DNA of 64,000 nt from the IMG/VR virus record IMGVR_UViG_3300044259_000036, positions 27,596-91,595 of that record; one strand, 5' to 3'. Every line of letters starts with the position of its first letter. Within the stretch, counting starts at the first letter, position 1. The notes below the pieces were generated by a model, which saw nothing but the letters and a program-made list of their open reading frames with translations, was not told where the DNA came from and did not search any database. The position numbers and the translations under genes were made by a program. Shown here in pieces: positions 47,159-56,083 of the stretch. Source of the DNA: a virus. Lineage: Duplodnaviria; Caudoviricetes.

Positions 47159-47512
47159 CTACTTGACCGGCGTCCATGCGTTGAACTGGTCGATCAGCTT
47201 GTCGATTGGGTTGTCCGGTAGGCTGCGGGTCACCTGCAGCTCGCGGATCTCATGCGGAGCGCCGGTCAGGGCCTGTAGCACGCTGCGCAGCGCGGCCATG
47301 TCGATGTTCGGGTGGGTGGCAGCCTCCGACATCCTACCTGACATCCAGACCTTGAACAGGAAGGTCGACTGCATGAACTTGAACGTGAAGGGGTCCCGGT
47401 TGAATGCGGGGTGTACCTTTCCGTCCTCCTTCACGCAGTTGGGGTCGACCTCTTGCATGTCCGAGCGGAAATGCTCCATCAGCTTGAGGGTGAGTTCTTG
47501 TTCCGGCGTCAC
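47159..47512 (-). CDS. Hypothetical protein
   Basis: GTGA overlap; LQALTGAPHEIRELQ...NPI motif. Confidence 0.6.
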   Translation of the reverse strand: MTPEQELTLKLMEHFRSDMQEVDPNCVKEDGKVHPAFNRDPFTFKFMQSTFLFKVWMSGRMSEAATHPNIDMAALRSVLQALTGAPHEIRELQVTRSLPDNPIDKLIDQFNAWTPVK

Positions 47513-47676
47513 TTCGCCTTCCTCGCAGCGCGCTGCAGCTTACGGATGCGTTTGCGCTTGGCGCGATGGCCTGTGGGCTTGAACACATGCAGGCTGCGGA
47601 CGTGCTTGCAGCCGTTCCACTTCCCCTCCGGCTGGGTGGGTACCGGGGCGGAATCGTAGTCATAATCGTCGAACAT
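47509..47676 (-). CDS. Small protein with acidic N-terminus and basic C-terminus (not in ORF track)
   Basis: aggag SD; MFDDYDYD...KRKRIRKLQRAARKAK, 55 aa. Confidence 0.55.
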   Translation of the reverse strand: MFDDYDYDSAPVPTQPEGKWNGCKHVRSLHVFKPTGHRAKRKRIRKLQRAARKAK

Positions 47677-47685
47677 GGGCGTCTC

Positions 47686-47889
47686 CTACGCTCGTGCTAT
47701 CAGTGTCTTGCTGCCGTCATCTTCGACGCGATGCAAGGTGGTCATGTCCTTCAGGACATGGTGTTCGTCCAGCTTCTCGTTGGCCACGACAGCGGCGGTC
47801 TGGTCGTCAGTCGCCTCGATGTCGAAACAGAGCTGGCTGAACTTGCCGCCACCTTCGGCGGCGGTGAAGGTCAAGATGTAGTTGTTCAC
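47686..47889 (-). CDS. Hypothetical protein
   Basis: ggag SD; GTG start. Confidence 0.6.
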   Translation of the reverse strand: MNNYILTFTAAEGGGKFSQLCFDIEATDDQTAAVVANEKLDEHHVLKDMTTLHRVEDDGSKTLIARA

Positions 47890-47950
47890 GCTGCCGGGAT
47901 CTCCAGTGGGTTGACCCTGCTGGGCTCTCGCAAGAGCCCAACGGTCAATC

Positions 47951-48022
47951 GACTGCGTAGGTGCGGACTTACGTACTTACGCACTCACTTGGGTACGTGA
48001 CCACTCAAGTGAGTACGTAAGC
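47951..48022. repeat. 4-bp phased repeat array downstream of the TAXI gene
   Basis: gact gcgt aggt gcgg actt acgt actt acgc actc actt gggt acgt gacc actc aagt gagt acgt aagc (18 units). Confidence 0.82.
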
Positions 48023-48030
48023 CCGCGCCG

Positions 48031-48900
48031 TCAGCGAACCAGCTTGACGGTGCTGTTGATGCCCTTGGCCACGGCCTTGCGCACCTTGCGGGCTTCCTTG
48101 GTGTCCAGCTGTGCCAGGTAGTCGTTGTTGAACACGACCTGGGCTTTCAGGCAGTAGGTGCCCGGGTCGAAGGTGGTGGACGCCGGCAGGCCGGCGCGCT
48201 GGGCCTTGGTCACGCTGCAGTGCGTGTACAGCGGGTTGTTGTTCAGGTCCTTGGCGTCCTCGAACGAGTTATCGTCCACCTCCCCCACGAACAGCTGGGT
48301 GCCGAAGTCCTCGGTGATGTCCGTGCTGATGCCCCGGCCGATGTACAGCATGCCTGCGATCTCGTAGCGCACGCCGGCTCGAACCACGTAGCCCTGGGCC
48401 ACGGCCTCGGCGGCCTCGGCCCAGTCGTCCAGCTCCACGATGCGGACACCCTCGTAGTCCTTGTCCGTTTTCACCCAGTTGGTCATGGTCACGCTGGCAC
48501 CAGAACCCTTGACGGTGGCCATCGCATACTTTTTTGCGGTGGCATCGTCTTCCATGTCGCCGAAGTCCTTGACCCCGTTCTTGCCGTGCAGCCAGTAGAC
48601 GATCTCGGTGTGAGCGTCCACCACCTTCACGTCGCGCAGGCTCATGCCGGCAGCCACGTCGGCCTGGATCAGCGCGATGTCACACTCGCGCTCTTGCATC
48701 ATCTCGGCGTTCTCGACCGAGCCGCCGGTGTTGAGGACTTCCAGCTCGCCGCCGGTGCCCTTGGTGATGTTGCGGCCGACCTCGCTGGCCAGCTTCTCGT
48801 AGTAGCCGCCCGGCTGGCCAGAGCAGAACTTCATCTCCGGCGCCGAGGCGAAGGCCTGGCCGGCGGCCAGGAGCAGGCCAAGCAATAACGCTTTCTTCAT
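48031..48900 (-). CDS. TAXI-family TRAP solute-binding protein
   Basis: Signal peptide (AFA-S), SGQPGGYY, TGGSVEN, DIALIQAD and GSGA motifs. Confidence 0.85.
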   Translation of the reverse strand: MKKALLLGLLLAAGQAFASAPEMKFCSGQPGGYYEKLASEVGRNITKGTGGELEVLNTGGSVENAEMMQERECDIALIQADVAAGMSLRDVKVVDAHTEIVYWLHGKNGVKDFGDMEDDATAKKYAMATVKGSGASVTMTNWVKTDKDYEGVRIVELDDWAEAAEAVAQGYVVRAGVRYEIAGMLYIGRGISTDITEDFGTQLFVGEVDDNSFEDAKDLNNNPLYTHCSVTKAQRAGLPASTTFDPGTYCLKAQVVFNNDYLAQLDTKEARKVRKAVAKGINSTVKLVR

Positions 48901-48936
48901 GACACTTTCCTTTAGGTTTGGGGTGTAAGGCGCTGA

Positions 48937-48962
48937 GTTAATACGCCAAATGGCGCATTAAT
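48937..48962 (-). promoter_or_regulatory. 26-bp dyad motif copy 3
   Basis: gttaatacgccaaatggcgcattaat, preceded on - by TTGA. Confidence 0.6.
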
Positions 48963-49347
48963 TCAATACGACAAGTTCCAGAGGCTCTATCGGAGCTTCG
49001 TGGCGCATGGACAGGGTTGCAGCCAGGGCCAGGGCGCCCAGGCGGGCCAGCGGTTGGTCCTTGGGCACCTCGCGGTCGAACGGGAAGTCCTGAACGTGGG
49101 TGCACAGGCCTTCGCTGTCGCGGGTGTAGACCGAGTAGTGGTTCGCGTCGGGCGACGCCTCCTCGACCACGCAGATGTCGCCCGGCGAGTGCGCCGTGGC
49201 AGCGACCTGGATGGACGCCACCTGGGCCAGGCTTTCGGTCAGCTGCAGGCGGACGCCCTTTGCGCCCATGTCCTGTGCCATCTGGCGCACCAAGTTGGCC
49301 TTGTCCTGCGGGGCGGTGAAGGTGAAGGTGAATTTCAGGCTTTGCAT
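48958..49347 (-). CDS. Hypothetical protein
   Basis: aagga SD; HYSVY...VQDFP domain. Confidence 0.6.
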   Translation of the reverse strand: MQSLKFTFTFTAPQDKANLVRQMAQDMGAKGVRLQLTESLAQVASIQVAATAHSPGDICVVEEASPDANHYSVYTRDSEGLCTHVQDFPFDREVPKDQPLARLGALALAATLSMRHEAPIEPLELVVLN

Positions 49348-49348
49348 G

Positions 49349-49648
49349 TCAGTCTTCCTTTGCAACGTCGGTGATGACCAGGGTGGCACCGTGGCGGCTG
49401 CCGGCCAGAGGCGATCGACATAGCTCGCATTCGTGGCTGCTGAACTCCTCGTAGCCTGTGCCATCCGGGTCGTCTTCGGTGGGTTCGATGCCGGCGCAGA
49501 AGTGGCCGACCTTGTCGCCTAGCTCTACCTTCACGCCGGCGTCGAACGCCTGCTCATGCTCGTCAGGGGCACCTTCGCTGATGCCGTTGGCGATACAGAG
49601 CAGGCAGTCTTCGCAGACGCTGTACTCGATGGTGTCGATCGTGACCAT
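49349..49648 (-). CDS. Hypothetical Cys-rich acidic protein
   Basis: VCEDC...FS..ECELC..LAG.RH motif. Confidence 0.65.
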   Translation of the reverse strand: MVTIDTIEYSVCEDCLLCIANGISEGAPDEHEQAFDAGVKVELGDKVGHFCAGIEPTEDDPDGTGYEEFSSHECELCRSPLAGSRHGATLVITDVAKED

Positions 49649-49650
49649 GA

Positions 49651-49839
49651 TTACTCCAAGCCGCGGAAGCGGCGCGATTTGCTACGAGCTGCATCGTAGT
49701 AGTCGACCATCTCCCCATAGGTGAGATGGCCGGTGTAGGTTCCGCGGCGAAGCTGCATCATCCGATCGGACCACCCTTTCTGGATGTCCTTCAGCCGCTG
49801 CTTCTTCGCCTCGTAGGCTGCTTGGGACATCCGGCGCAT
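49651..49839 (-). CDS. Hypothetical protein
   Basis: Fills the gap in the tightly packed array. Confidence 0.5.
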   Translation of the reverse strand: MRRMSQAAYEAKKQRLKDIQKGWSDRMMQLRRGTYTGHLTYGEMVDYYDAARSKSRRFRGLE

Positions 49840-49841
49840 GG

Positions 49842-50075
49842 TCAGATCCGCTCGTAGCCCTCGATCACCTTGATCGAGCTGGTTTCCCCCGCGGTACCCA
49901 CGATCTTGCCGTCGTAGATGCTCTCCAGGGCGCCCTTGTGGTGCTCACGCAGCTGGGCTTCGGACTGACCGTCGTCGATCTGACCGATGAACTCAGCGCG
50001 GATCTCCTCGATGCTGAAGCCCTCCGGCACCTCGAAGAAGGTGCGGACGGTGTGGGTTACGGTGATGATAGGCAT
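49842..50075 (-). CDS. Hypothetical protein
   Basis: ggagg SD; TGATG coupling. Confidence 0.6.
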   Translation of the reverse strand: MPIITVTHTVRTFFEVPEGFSIEEIRAEFIGQIDDGQSEAQLREHHKGALESIYDGKIVGTAGETSSIKVIEGYERI

Positions 50076-50467
50076 CAGGGCCTCCCGTGCTTCAGGTCGT
50101 CTTCGTGGATGCCATACAGGGTGGCGATCGGCGTGGCCATCAGGTTACGCAGCTCAGACAGGGTCACCTCCAATGCCTGGATGCGGGCCTGCTGCGCGGA
50201 GAGGGTTGGGTCGCCGCTCATGACGCTGGCAGCGTTGAAGTCTTGGTCGGTGACTTGGTTCAGCTCGCCGTAGCCGGACAGGCTGTAGCCGATCAGCTGG
50301 TAGAGCTGGGCCAGGTCCTCCTGCTTGACTTCGGGGTCAGCGACGATCTGGTTGAGGCCATAGCCATGCTTCTGGGCGATGTCCAGGAGCTTGTCGACCA
50401 GGGTGTTCTCCTTGAAGCGGAGAACGCCACGGTCGTCGGTGATCAGGGGTTGGATGGGGTGGTTCAT
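50075..50467 (-). CDS. Hypothetical protein
   Basis: HPIQP...GVLRFKEN...QLIGYSLSG motif; ggagg SD. Confidence 0.7.
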   Translation of the reverse strand: MNHPIQPLITDDRGVLRFKENTLVDKLLDIAQKHGYGLNQIVADPEVKQEDLAQLYQLIGYSLSGYGELNQVTDQDFNAASVMSGDPTLSAQQARIQALEVTLSELRNLMATPIATLYGIHEDDLKHGRP

Positions 50468-50880
50468 ACAAACCCTCCTGCAGCGACTGAGAAGTCCGGG
50501 TGCGCCTCCTCGAACCACTTCCAGATCAGGAACTTGTGGTCGCCCTTGTGGAAGAACAGGAACTGTCGCTCGATCTCGTCCTTGTCATTCACCGGCACGG
50601 ATGCCAGGGCTTGCCAGAGGGCGATGATCACTTCCTTGAGAGTCAGGTCTTCCCGGTAGTAGACGACTTCCGTCCGTGTGACGGCGTCGGCGCCGTGCTC
50701 GAGGACGTCCACCTGCACTTTGCCGAGGAAGTCCGGCGAGGTGCCGTCGGCCAGCTGGTAGTTCCAGCGCAGGTCGCTGTCGTAGCTGACGGTCATGACG
50801 TCACCAAACTGACGCTGTACGCCTGCGAAGGCGTTAATCACGGCAGACGGCGCGCTGACGATGTTGTTTAGGGTTCCCAT
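50464..50880 (-). CDS. Hypothetical protein
   Basis: aggag SD; FLFFHKG...IWKWFEE motif. Confidence 0.65.
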   Translation of the reverse strand: MGTLNNIVSAPSAVINAFAGVQRQFGDVMTVSYDSDLRWNYQLADGTSPDFLGKVQVDVLEHGADAVTRTEVVYYREDLTLKEVIIALWQALASVPVNDKDEIERQFLFFHKGDHKFLIWKWFEEAHPDFSVAAGGFV

Positions 50881-50889
50881 GGTTGACTC

Positions 50890-51252
50890 CTATCGGTTGT
50901 ACCAGACGATGTGGGTGGCCCACGCTGGGCGGGCCAGTACGCCTTTGACCAGGTCGGACGGGCGAATCCAGTCGGTTTCGAGGGTGGAGATCGGCGGCAA
51001 GTGGCTGGCAAGCATGTCGTCGTAGTAGCGGTGGTTCAGCGCCTCGCTCCACGGTGCGTCGAAGCCGCGGATGTAGGTGCCGTCGGACCACTCGCCCATG
51101 CCGTCGTCGTCAATGAACCCCCCGCAGGCTACGCACTCGGCCCATTCGCGGACGGTCATGACGTCGCCGTGCTCGGGCACCCTTTCTGGGCAAGGCACGG
51201 CGGTGATCGCGCAGCCCATCAGTAGCTGGTCTTTGCTGGGTACCAGGCTCAT
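50890..51252 (-). CDS. Hypothetical protein
   Basis: GGFIDDDG.G...WATHIVWYNR motif; ATGA overlap. Confidence 0.65.
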   Translation of the reverse strand: MSLVPSKDQLLMGCAITAVPCPERVPEHGDVMTVREWAECVACGGFIDDDGMGEWSDGTYIRGFDAPWSEALNHRYYDDMLASHLPPISTLETDWIRPSDLVKGVLARPAWATHIVWYNR

Positions 51253-52271
51253 TCCTGTACCGCCTCGGCCGGCTTCTGGCCAAGGACCACTACCAGCGCT
51301 TCGATCTGCGCCTTGGTGTCCGCCAATGCTCCTGGGACGCTTGCCTGCAACGCCCCCAGGTCTGTAGCACCGTCCAAACATTCCACGGTATTGGCCAGAT
51401 CTCCGCGTAGCTTGGTGAGCGCGGCGATGTGCTCAGCGGTAAGGGTGGGCTGGAACGGCGTGGCCGGGTCGCCGGTGAAGGACACCTTGGCTGTTTCACC
51501 CTTGTGTTTCGTCCCACAGAACGGGCAATACTTGGTGTCCTTGGATACACCCAGGAACAGTTCGCTGCAGCATTCACAGCGGTCCACCTCGGTCACCTTC
51601 TGTAACTGGTCTACCACCTTCCCGTGCGCTTCCTTGAAAGCGGTCACCGTCTCGCCCAGGTGCCGGATCACGGACGCTGCGTCCATGCCGGCGTAGCCCA
51701 GCTCGTTGCTCGCGGCCATAGCCTCGTTGTACCAGGTAGCAGCGTCGCACACAGGCTCGGTCTTGGTTTCGTAGAGGCTGCCCATCTGATAGCTCTCGAA
51801 CTCGGCCTTGCTGACCGCTTCCCACTTGGCCTTGCCGAGAAGGCGGGCGAAGTAGGTGACGGTCGGCACGGTTGAATCTGCCGGTACCGCCTTGCCGTCG
51901 ACCACCGCGCCACAGTCACACACGTCGGCCGCGGCGCTGCCGGGCTGGACATTGGCGCAGGTGTGCTTGTGGCCCCGGACCAGCTCGACCCGTGGGTAGC
52001 CTTCCTGCTTGGCCGGCGCCGTCTTGATGAAGGTGTTCTTGATCGGCAGGTCCTGCATGCTGCTCGCCAGCATCAACGCATCGACGCGGGCCTTGGCCTG
52101 GTCGCCGTTGATGGGGAAGTCCTGCACCGGCTCGGCCTCCTCGTCGCTGACCAGGTAGACTGAGACGTGGGTGGCGTCCTCGAGGCGGCAAGGGGTGAAG
52201 TTTGTACCGAGTTCCGGCTGACTGACGTGGGCGTCGTAGGTGCCGGTGATCCAGATGGCTGTGGGTTTCAT
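51249..52271 (-). CDS. Mosaic multi-domain hypothetical protein with Zn ribbon
   Basis: HVSVY...VQDFP domain, H..C...CDCG, CECC...CPFCG. Confidence 0.7.
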   Translation of the reverse strand: MKPTAIWITGTYDAHVSQPELGTNFTPCRLEDATHVSVYLVSDEEAEPVQDFPINGDQAKARVDALMLASSMQDLPIKNTFIKTAPAKQEGYPRVELVRGHKHTCANVQPGSAAADVCDCGAVVDGKAVPADSTVPTVTYFARLLGKAKWEAVSKAEFESYQMGSLYETKTEPVCDAATWYNEAMAASNELGYAGMDAASVIRHLGETVTAFKEAHGKVVDQLQKVTEVDRCECCSELFLGVSKDTKYCPFCGTKHKGETAKVSFTGDPATPFQPTLTAEHIAALTKLRGDLANTVECLDGATDLGALQASVPGALADTKAQIEALVVVLGQKPAEAVQE

Positions 52272-52284
52272 GCTGGTGGTTCTC

Positions 52285-52545
52285 CTATCGGCCGAAGACC
52301 TTCTTGTCCGGGCAGAACAAGAAGGTCTCCAGCCATTGATCTTTGGTTACATTGCAGCTGCGAATCAGGTAGCTGCCGCCCAGGTTCACGACGACCAGCT
52401 CGGCCGGGAAGTCCATACCGTCACAACGCACGTTGTGCTTGGCGACGACCACCTCCCAGCCCGGCTGGAGAACCTGCCCGGCCAGCTCTATGCCTCGCGC
52501 CTTGGTGAGGGGCAGCTCGTACTCTTCGGGGTAGTGTCCGGCCAC
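52285..52545 (-). CDS. Hypothetical protein
   Basis: Packed ORF. Confidence 0.5.
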   Translation of the reverse strand: MAGHYPEEYELPLTKARGIELAGQVLQPGWEVVVAKHNVRCDGMDFPAELVVVNLGGSYLIRSCNVTKDQWLETFLFCPDKKVFGR

Positions 52546-52546
52546 G

Positions 52547-52999
52547 TCAGATCACCGTCACGCTGGTGGTGCCGGAGGTTTTACCCGGCGGAAGCAGCCC
52601 GTGCTTCTCCGCGATCAGGTCCAGGGCCAGGTCCCCTGCTTTGTCTTGGTCAAGCGTGATGCCAGGCAGGTGGCTACGCACCGCTACCCACCACTGCCTG
52701 CCCTCTCCCGCCTCGACCTTCACGTAGCGGTGAGGGGTGATCACCGTTTCGTTCAGTGCCGTGGCGTCGAAGACGCACAGGGTGTCGTCCAGGTAGTAGT
52801 TGAGGCTGGTGTAGCTGACGTAGAACTGGCTCAGGTCGGCGAAGTGGGACTCCAGCCCGACGCTGTTCTCGCCGGTCTTACCCTTCTGCCAAGTGACGAA
52901 CCACTGGCCATGCTGGTCGACCTGCACCACGTAGCCAGGGTTGGCCCAGTGCACGGTCAGGCCGTAGTTCACGGCCGACTTGATTTGCTGGATATCCAT
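52547..52999 (-). CDS. Hypothetical protein
   Basis: IKSAVNYGLTVHWANPGY.V motif; gaggt SD. Confidence 0.6.
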   Translation of the reverse strand: MDIQQIKSAVNYGLTVHWANPGYVVQVDQHGQWFVTWQKGKTGENSVGLESHFADLSQFYVSYTSLNYYLDDTLCVFDATALNETVITPHRYVKVEAGEGRQWWVAVRSHLPGITLDQDKAGDLALDLIAEKHGLLPPGKTSGTTSVTVI

Positions 53000-53006
53000 G
53001 CACACC

Positions 53007-53213
53007 TCAGTTCGGGTACTCGCCCAGCAGGCGTAGACCGTGGATCAGGTCCTCGATCAGCTGTCGGGTTTCAGTTGGGTTGAGCGTCGCAGGCCCGCTG
53101 ACACCCTTCTCCCGCCTGGGGTAGAGGATGACGCACGGGTCCTTGACGTGGTTGGCGATCAGAATGAACGGGCTGTCCGGGGTGCAGATCCGCTCATGGG
53201 TGCCTTTGATCAT
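53007..53213 (-). CDS. Hypothetical protein
   Basis: ggagg SD. Confidence 0.5.
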   Translation of the reverse strand: MIKGTHERICTPDSPFILIANHVKDPCVILYPRREKGVSGPATLNPTETRQLIEDLIHGLRLLGEYPN

Positions 53214-53493
53214 GGGAGACCTCCGCCTTGTCGGTGTAGACGGGCTCGGTGTGCCAAGGCGTGGGCAGCCGGCGAACCCGCATGGTCATCAGTTTGCCGC
53301 GCCTGGACTTCTCGATCTCGCCCGGCCGGGCGTAGCCCATGATCTTCACGGGCTGCTTCGGCATCTGGAGGAGGTGCGTGAGGTGTCCCACCAGGCTCAT
53401 GAGTTCGGCGGTGCGCACCAGGAGGCGGGTGGCACCCTGCTGCTGGGCCTGGGCCAGCTCGGCGCGGAGGTAGTCGAGGTCCTGGGTGTTCAC
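53194..53493 (-). CDS. Hypothetical protein
   Basis: gagga SD; GTG start. Confidence 0.55.
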   Translation of the reverse strand: MNTQDLDYLRAELAQAQQQGATRLLVRTAELMSLVGHLTHLLQMPKQPVKIMGYARPGEIEKSRRGKLMTMRVRRLPTPWHTEPVYTDKAEVSHDQRHP

Positions 53494-53659
53494 CGGCCTT
53501 TCCTCAGCTCCGCGATCCGGTCAGCCAGCCTGCAGGCTTCACGACCCCAGCAGGGCTCCATGTGCTTGGTGCGGCCAGCCTTCCAGTCCTTGATAGCCTG
53601 GACGTGTTTACGGGCTGCGCGGCGCCGACGGTGCCGCAGCCATTCGAGGAGGAGAAATT

Positions 53660-53920
53660 TCACCCGCGCTGCCTCCGCTGGCCATCCGGGTCAAGGATCA
53701 GGCGCTCCACCGGGGTCAAGCGGTTCAAGATTCCCTTACGCACCTCGCTCACGTCCACCACAGTCGGGTGGATGCGGAAGCGTTCGTCCTTGCCGACGTG
53801 ATTGGTGGCCAGGCCTTTGTCGTAGTAGGCGGCTACCACCGTTCCGCCCTTGTCGTTGTAGTCCCGACCGTCTGCCCCACCACCGGTGGTCACGATCTCG
53901 TAAACGATGCGGTCACTCAT
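53660..53920 (-). CDS. Hypothetical protein
   Basis: aggag SD; ATGA overlap. Confidence 0.55.
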   Translation of the reverse strand: MSDRIVYEIVTTGGGADGRDYNDKGGTVVAAYYDKGLATNHVGKDERFRIHPTVVDVSEVRKGILNRLTPVERLILDPDGQRRQRG

Positions 53921-54402
53921 GCTGCTGCTCCTGCTGCCTTCGCTTCTGCTGCCAGCAGCGTCATGCGTCGGGTGATTGTCTTGGGCGCGAAGCCCACCTT
54001 CTTGCCGATCACCTTCCATGGCTGCTTGGCAGCGCGCATGTCACGGGCGATCTGAATGATCTCCGGGGTTACCTTCCGGCAACGGCGGCCCGGCCCGCGG
54101 TGCTTCTTCCCTGCTTCCCGGCAGCGCGCTCGCAGCAGGCTTTCCGAGACGTTGAATTCTTTGGCCATCTCAGGCCAGGTCGCCCCCTCGTCGTAGCGCT
54201 GCAGCACCTTCGGCATCTCCTTCTCGGTCAGCTTCTGCTTGCCGTAGGGTACGTGGGCCTGGCCGGCTTCCTTTCGGTACGACCACAAGGTGTGCTTCGA
54301 GACCCCGAACTGGGCTGCTACGACCTTCAGGTGCTTGCCTTCCTTCAAGAGTGCCAGGGCCTCGGCCAGGCGCTCGTCTGATAATTTGCGGGGGCGTCCC
54401 AT
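53917..54402 (-). CDS. Triple helix-turn-helix DNA-binding protein
   Basis: GRPRKLS...VAAQFGVSKHTL; KLTEKE...MAKEFNVSESLL; RKVTPE...IGKKVGFAPKTI. Confidence 0.8.
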   Translation of the reverse strand: MGRPRKLSDERLAEALALLKEGKHLKVVAAQFGVSKHTLWSYRKEAGQAHVPYGKQKLTEKEMPKVLQRYDEGATWPEMAKEFNVSESLLRARCREAGKKHRGPGRRCRKVTPEIIQIARDMRAAKQPWKVIGKKVGFAPKTITRRMTLLAAEAKAAGAAA

Positions 54403-54543
54403 AGTGCTATTCCTTTTCCGGTGAGGACTCCTCGTCCTCTGCTGATCCGTGGTCACTTTCATGGCAGTAGTCGGGCGGAGGGCTTTGCTCGCTGGGGTCC
54501 AGCCAGCTCGGCGCGCCGCAGTAGATGCAGGTGTAAGGCGGTG

Positions 54544-54789
54544 TCACGCTGCTTGTACCTTGGGTAGGTGGTGGGTTTTGCACCAGGCAATGGCCTCGGG
54601 GGTCATCGGGCGCCATGGGTCGTTGTTGACCTGGACCTGCCAGGTCTTCACGTTGTAGCGGACGAAGGTCACCTTCGACCCGCCGTAGGAGAACACCTCC
54701 TCGCGGACCGTCAGGACGTCGCCGAGCAAGCTGTGGAACAGGGCCATAGGGTCAACTCCAGCGGCTACCACGGTTGCGTTTGCGCTCAC
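54544..54789 (-). CDS. Hypothetical protein
   Basis: Packed ORF. Confidence 0.5.
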   Translation of the reverse strand: MSANATVVAAGVDPMALFHSLLGDVLTVREEVFSYGGSKVTFVRYNVKTWQVQVNNDPWRPMTPEAIAWCKTHHLPKVQAA

Positions 54790-54957
54790 CCTTTCCTCGG
54801 CGTCGCCGTGGGAATGAGCTTTCGTCCAGCGCCCGGAGCGGTGGAATCTGCTCCGGTGCGCCGATGTGGATGAATTCGTGGCCGGCCTCCTCCAGCCGCT
54901 CGGCCAGGGTCGCTATGAATGCCGGTCCCAGGCTACGGCCGATGATGCCGACCCGGC

Positions 54958-55224
54958 TCATACTGCCTCCGCGAAGCCAGTAGGTACCTGAGAGCACGCC
55001 TGGAATTCGACTTTCAGGTACGCCTCGTCCATCGCTGCCCAGGCACGGGCGATTTCAGGCGCTGCCACGCACATGCCGTAGCCGGCGGCCGAGCATTCCA
55101 GAAGCGTCTGCTCGTACAGCAGGCCGCGCGCCCAGCCGTCCTCGATGATCACGTAGAGGGGCACGCCGCGGCGCCATGCCTGCCGGGCCAGCTGCAGGCG
55201 GACCTCAATCGGTGGCAAGTTCAT
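54958..55224 (-). CDS. Hypothetical protein
   Basis: ggag SD; ATGA overlaps at both ends. Confidence 0.5.
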   Translation of the reverse strand: MNLPPIEVRLQLARQAWRRGVPLYVIIEDGWARGLLYEQTLLECSAAGYGMCVAAPEIARAWAAMDEAYLKVEFQACSQVPTGFAEAV

Positions 55225-55544
55225 GAGTGGAACTCCGACTGCTCGCCCGGCCGGCGCTCGATCGCACCGATGCACAGGCGGCGGTTGCCCGGGCCTTCGT
55301 AGTTCACGACGATGGCGTGCTCCAGCCAGCCGCCGTCGTCGTAGACGTGGCCTGCGCTGTTGGACTTGGGCTGGGTGCGATCACGGACGTAGATCTCGAC
55401 GCAACGCACGCCGGCGTCGCTGCTGCCCTGCGTAAAGCACAGGGCTCGGTTCACCGTGGCCAGGAAGTGTCGCTGGTCATCGACGGCCACCTGGTAGGGC
55501 TTTCCGTCGGCGGTTTCGGGGTAATGGATAACGAGATGGCTCAT
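55221..55544 (-). CDS. Hypothetical protein
   Basis: ATGA overlap; ends IGAIERRPG..SEFHS. Confidence 0.55.
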   Translation of the reverse strand: MSHLVIHYPETADGKPYQVAVDDQRHFLATVNRALCFTQGSSDAGVRCVEIYVRDRTQPKSNSAGHVYDDGGWLEHAIVVNYEGPGNRRLCIGAIERRPGEQSEFHS

Positions 55545-56083
55545 GGCTGCACCCACCAGTTGACGCGAAGGGATTCGTGCACGAACGGGGACGGCTGCTG
55601 ATTCAGGGCCTCGATCATGCGGTCCTTGATAGCCTCCTTCAGGGCTTCGTCGGAGATCCCGGCGTCGTACTCCTGGAGGACAAATTGGTAGGTCAGGCGC
55701 TCCTCGTCGTTGTGGGAGGAGTCGTGGAACATCTGGCAAGCCTGCAGGAACGCCCCGTACTCGTTGTCGGTCAGCGTGGTCGGCGCCTTGGCGCGCAGGT
55801 GGTCGACCCACGACTTGGCTGCCGCTGCGATGGTCACCGCGTCCTCCTGCTCGGGTAGGTCCTCACCCACTGCCCAGGAGAAAATGTTCCCGATGCTGGT
55901 CTCCAGCTCCTCCTTGTAGAGGTCATCCGGGATCAGGGCGCCGACCACGCACTTGCAGTCGGCGAGCGCACCGGTGCCGCGGTACGCACAGCCTCCTTCG
56001 CTGCCGTAGGAGATCTTGCGCTGCTTGGCCAGGTGGGTGGCCATCTCGTCGAGCAGTGCGTCGAGTTCAGGTATCAGTTGCAT
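55541..56083 (-). CDS. Hypothetical protein, paralog A
   Basis: MQLIPEL...AKQRK...CAYRG...CKCVVGALIPDDLY...ACQMFHD. Confidence 0.75.
   Translation of the reverse strand: MQLIPELDALLDEMATHLAKQRKISYGSEGGCAYRGTGALADCKCVVGALIPDDLYKEELETSIGNIFSWAVGEDLPEQEDAVTIAAAAKSWVDHLRAKAPTTLTDNEYGAFLQACQMFHDSSHNDEERLTYQFVLQEYDAGISDEALKEAIKDRMIEALNQQPSPFVHESLRVNWWVQP

Noticed and set aside
50833-50858. Fifth copy of the 26-bp motif (gttaatcacggcagacggcg)
   Set aside because: Intragenic, and the CG dinucleotides are out of register.
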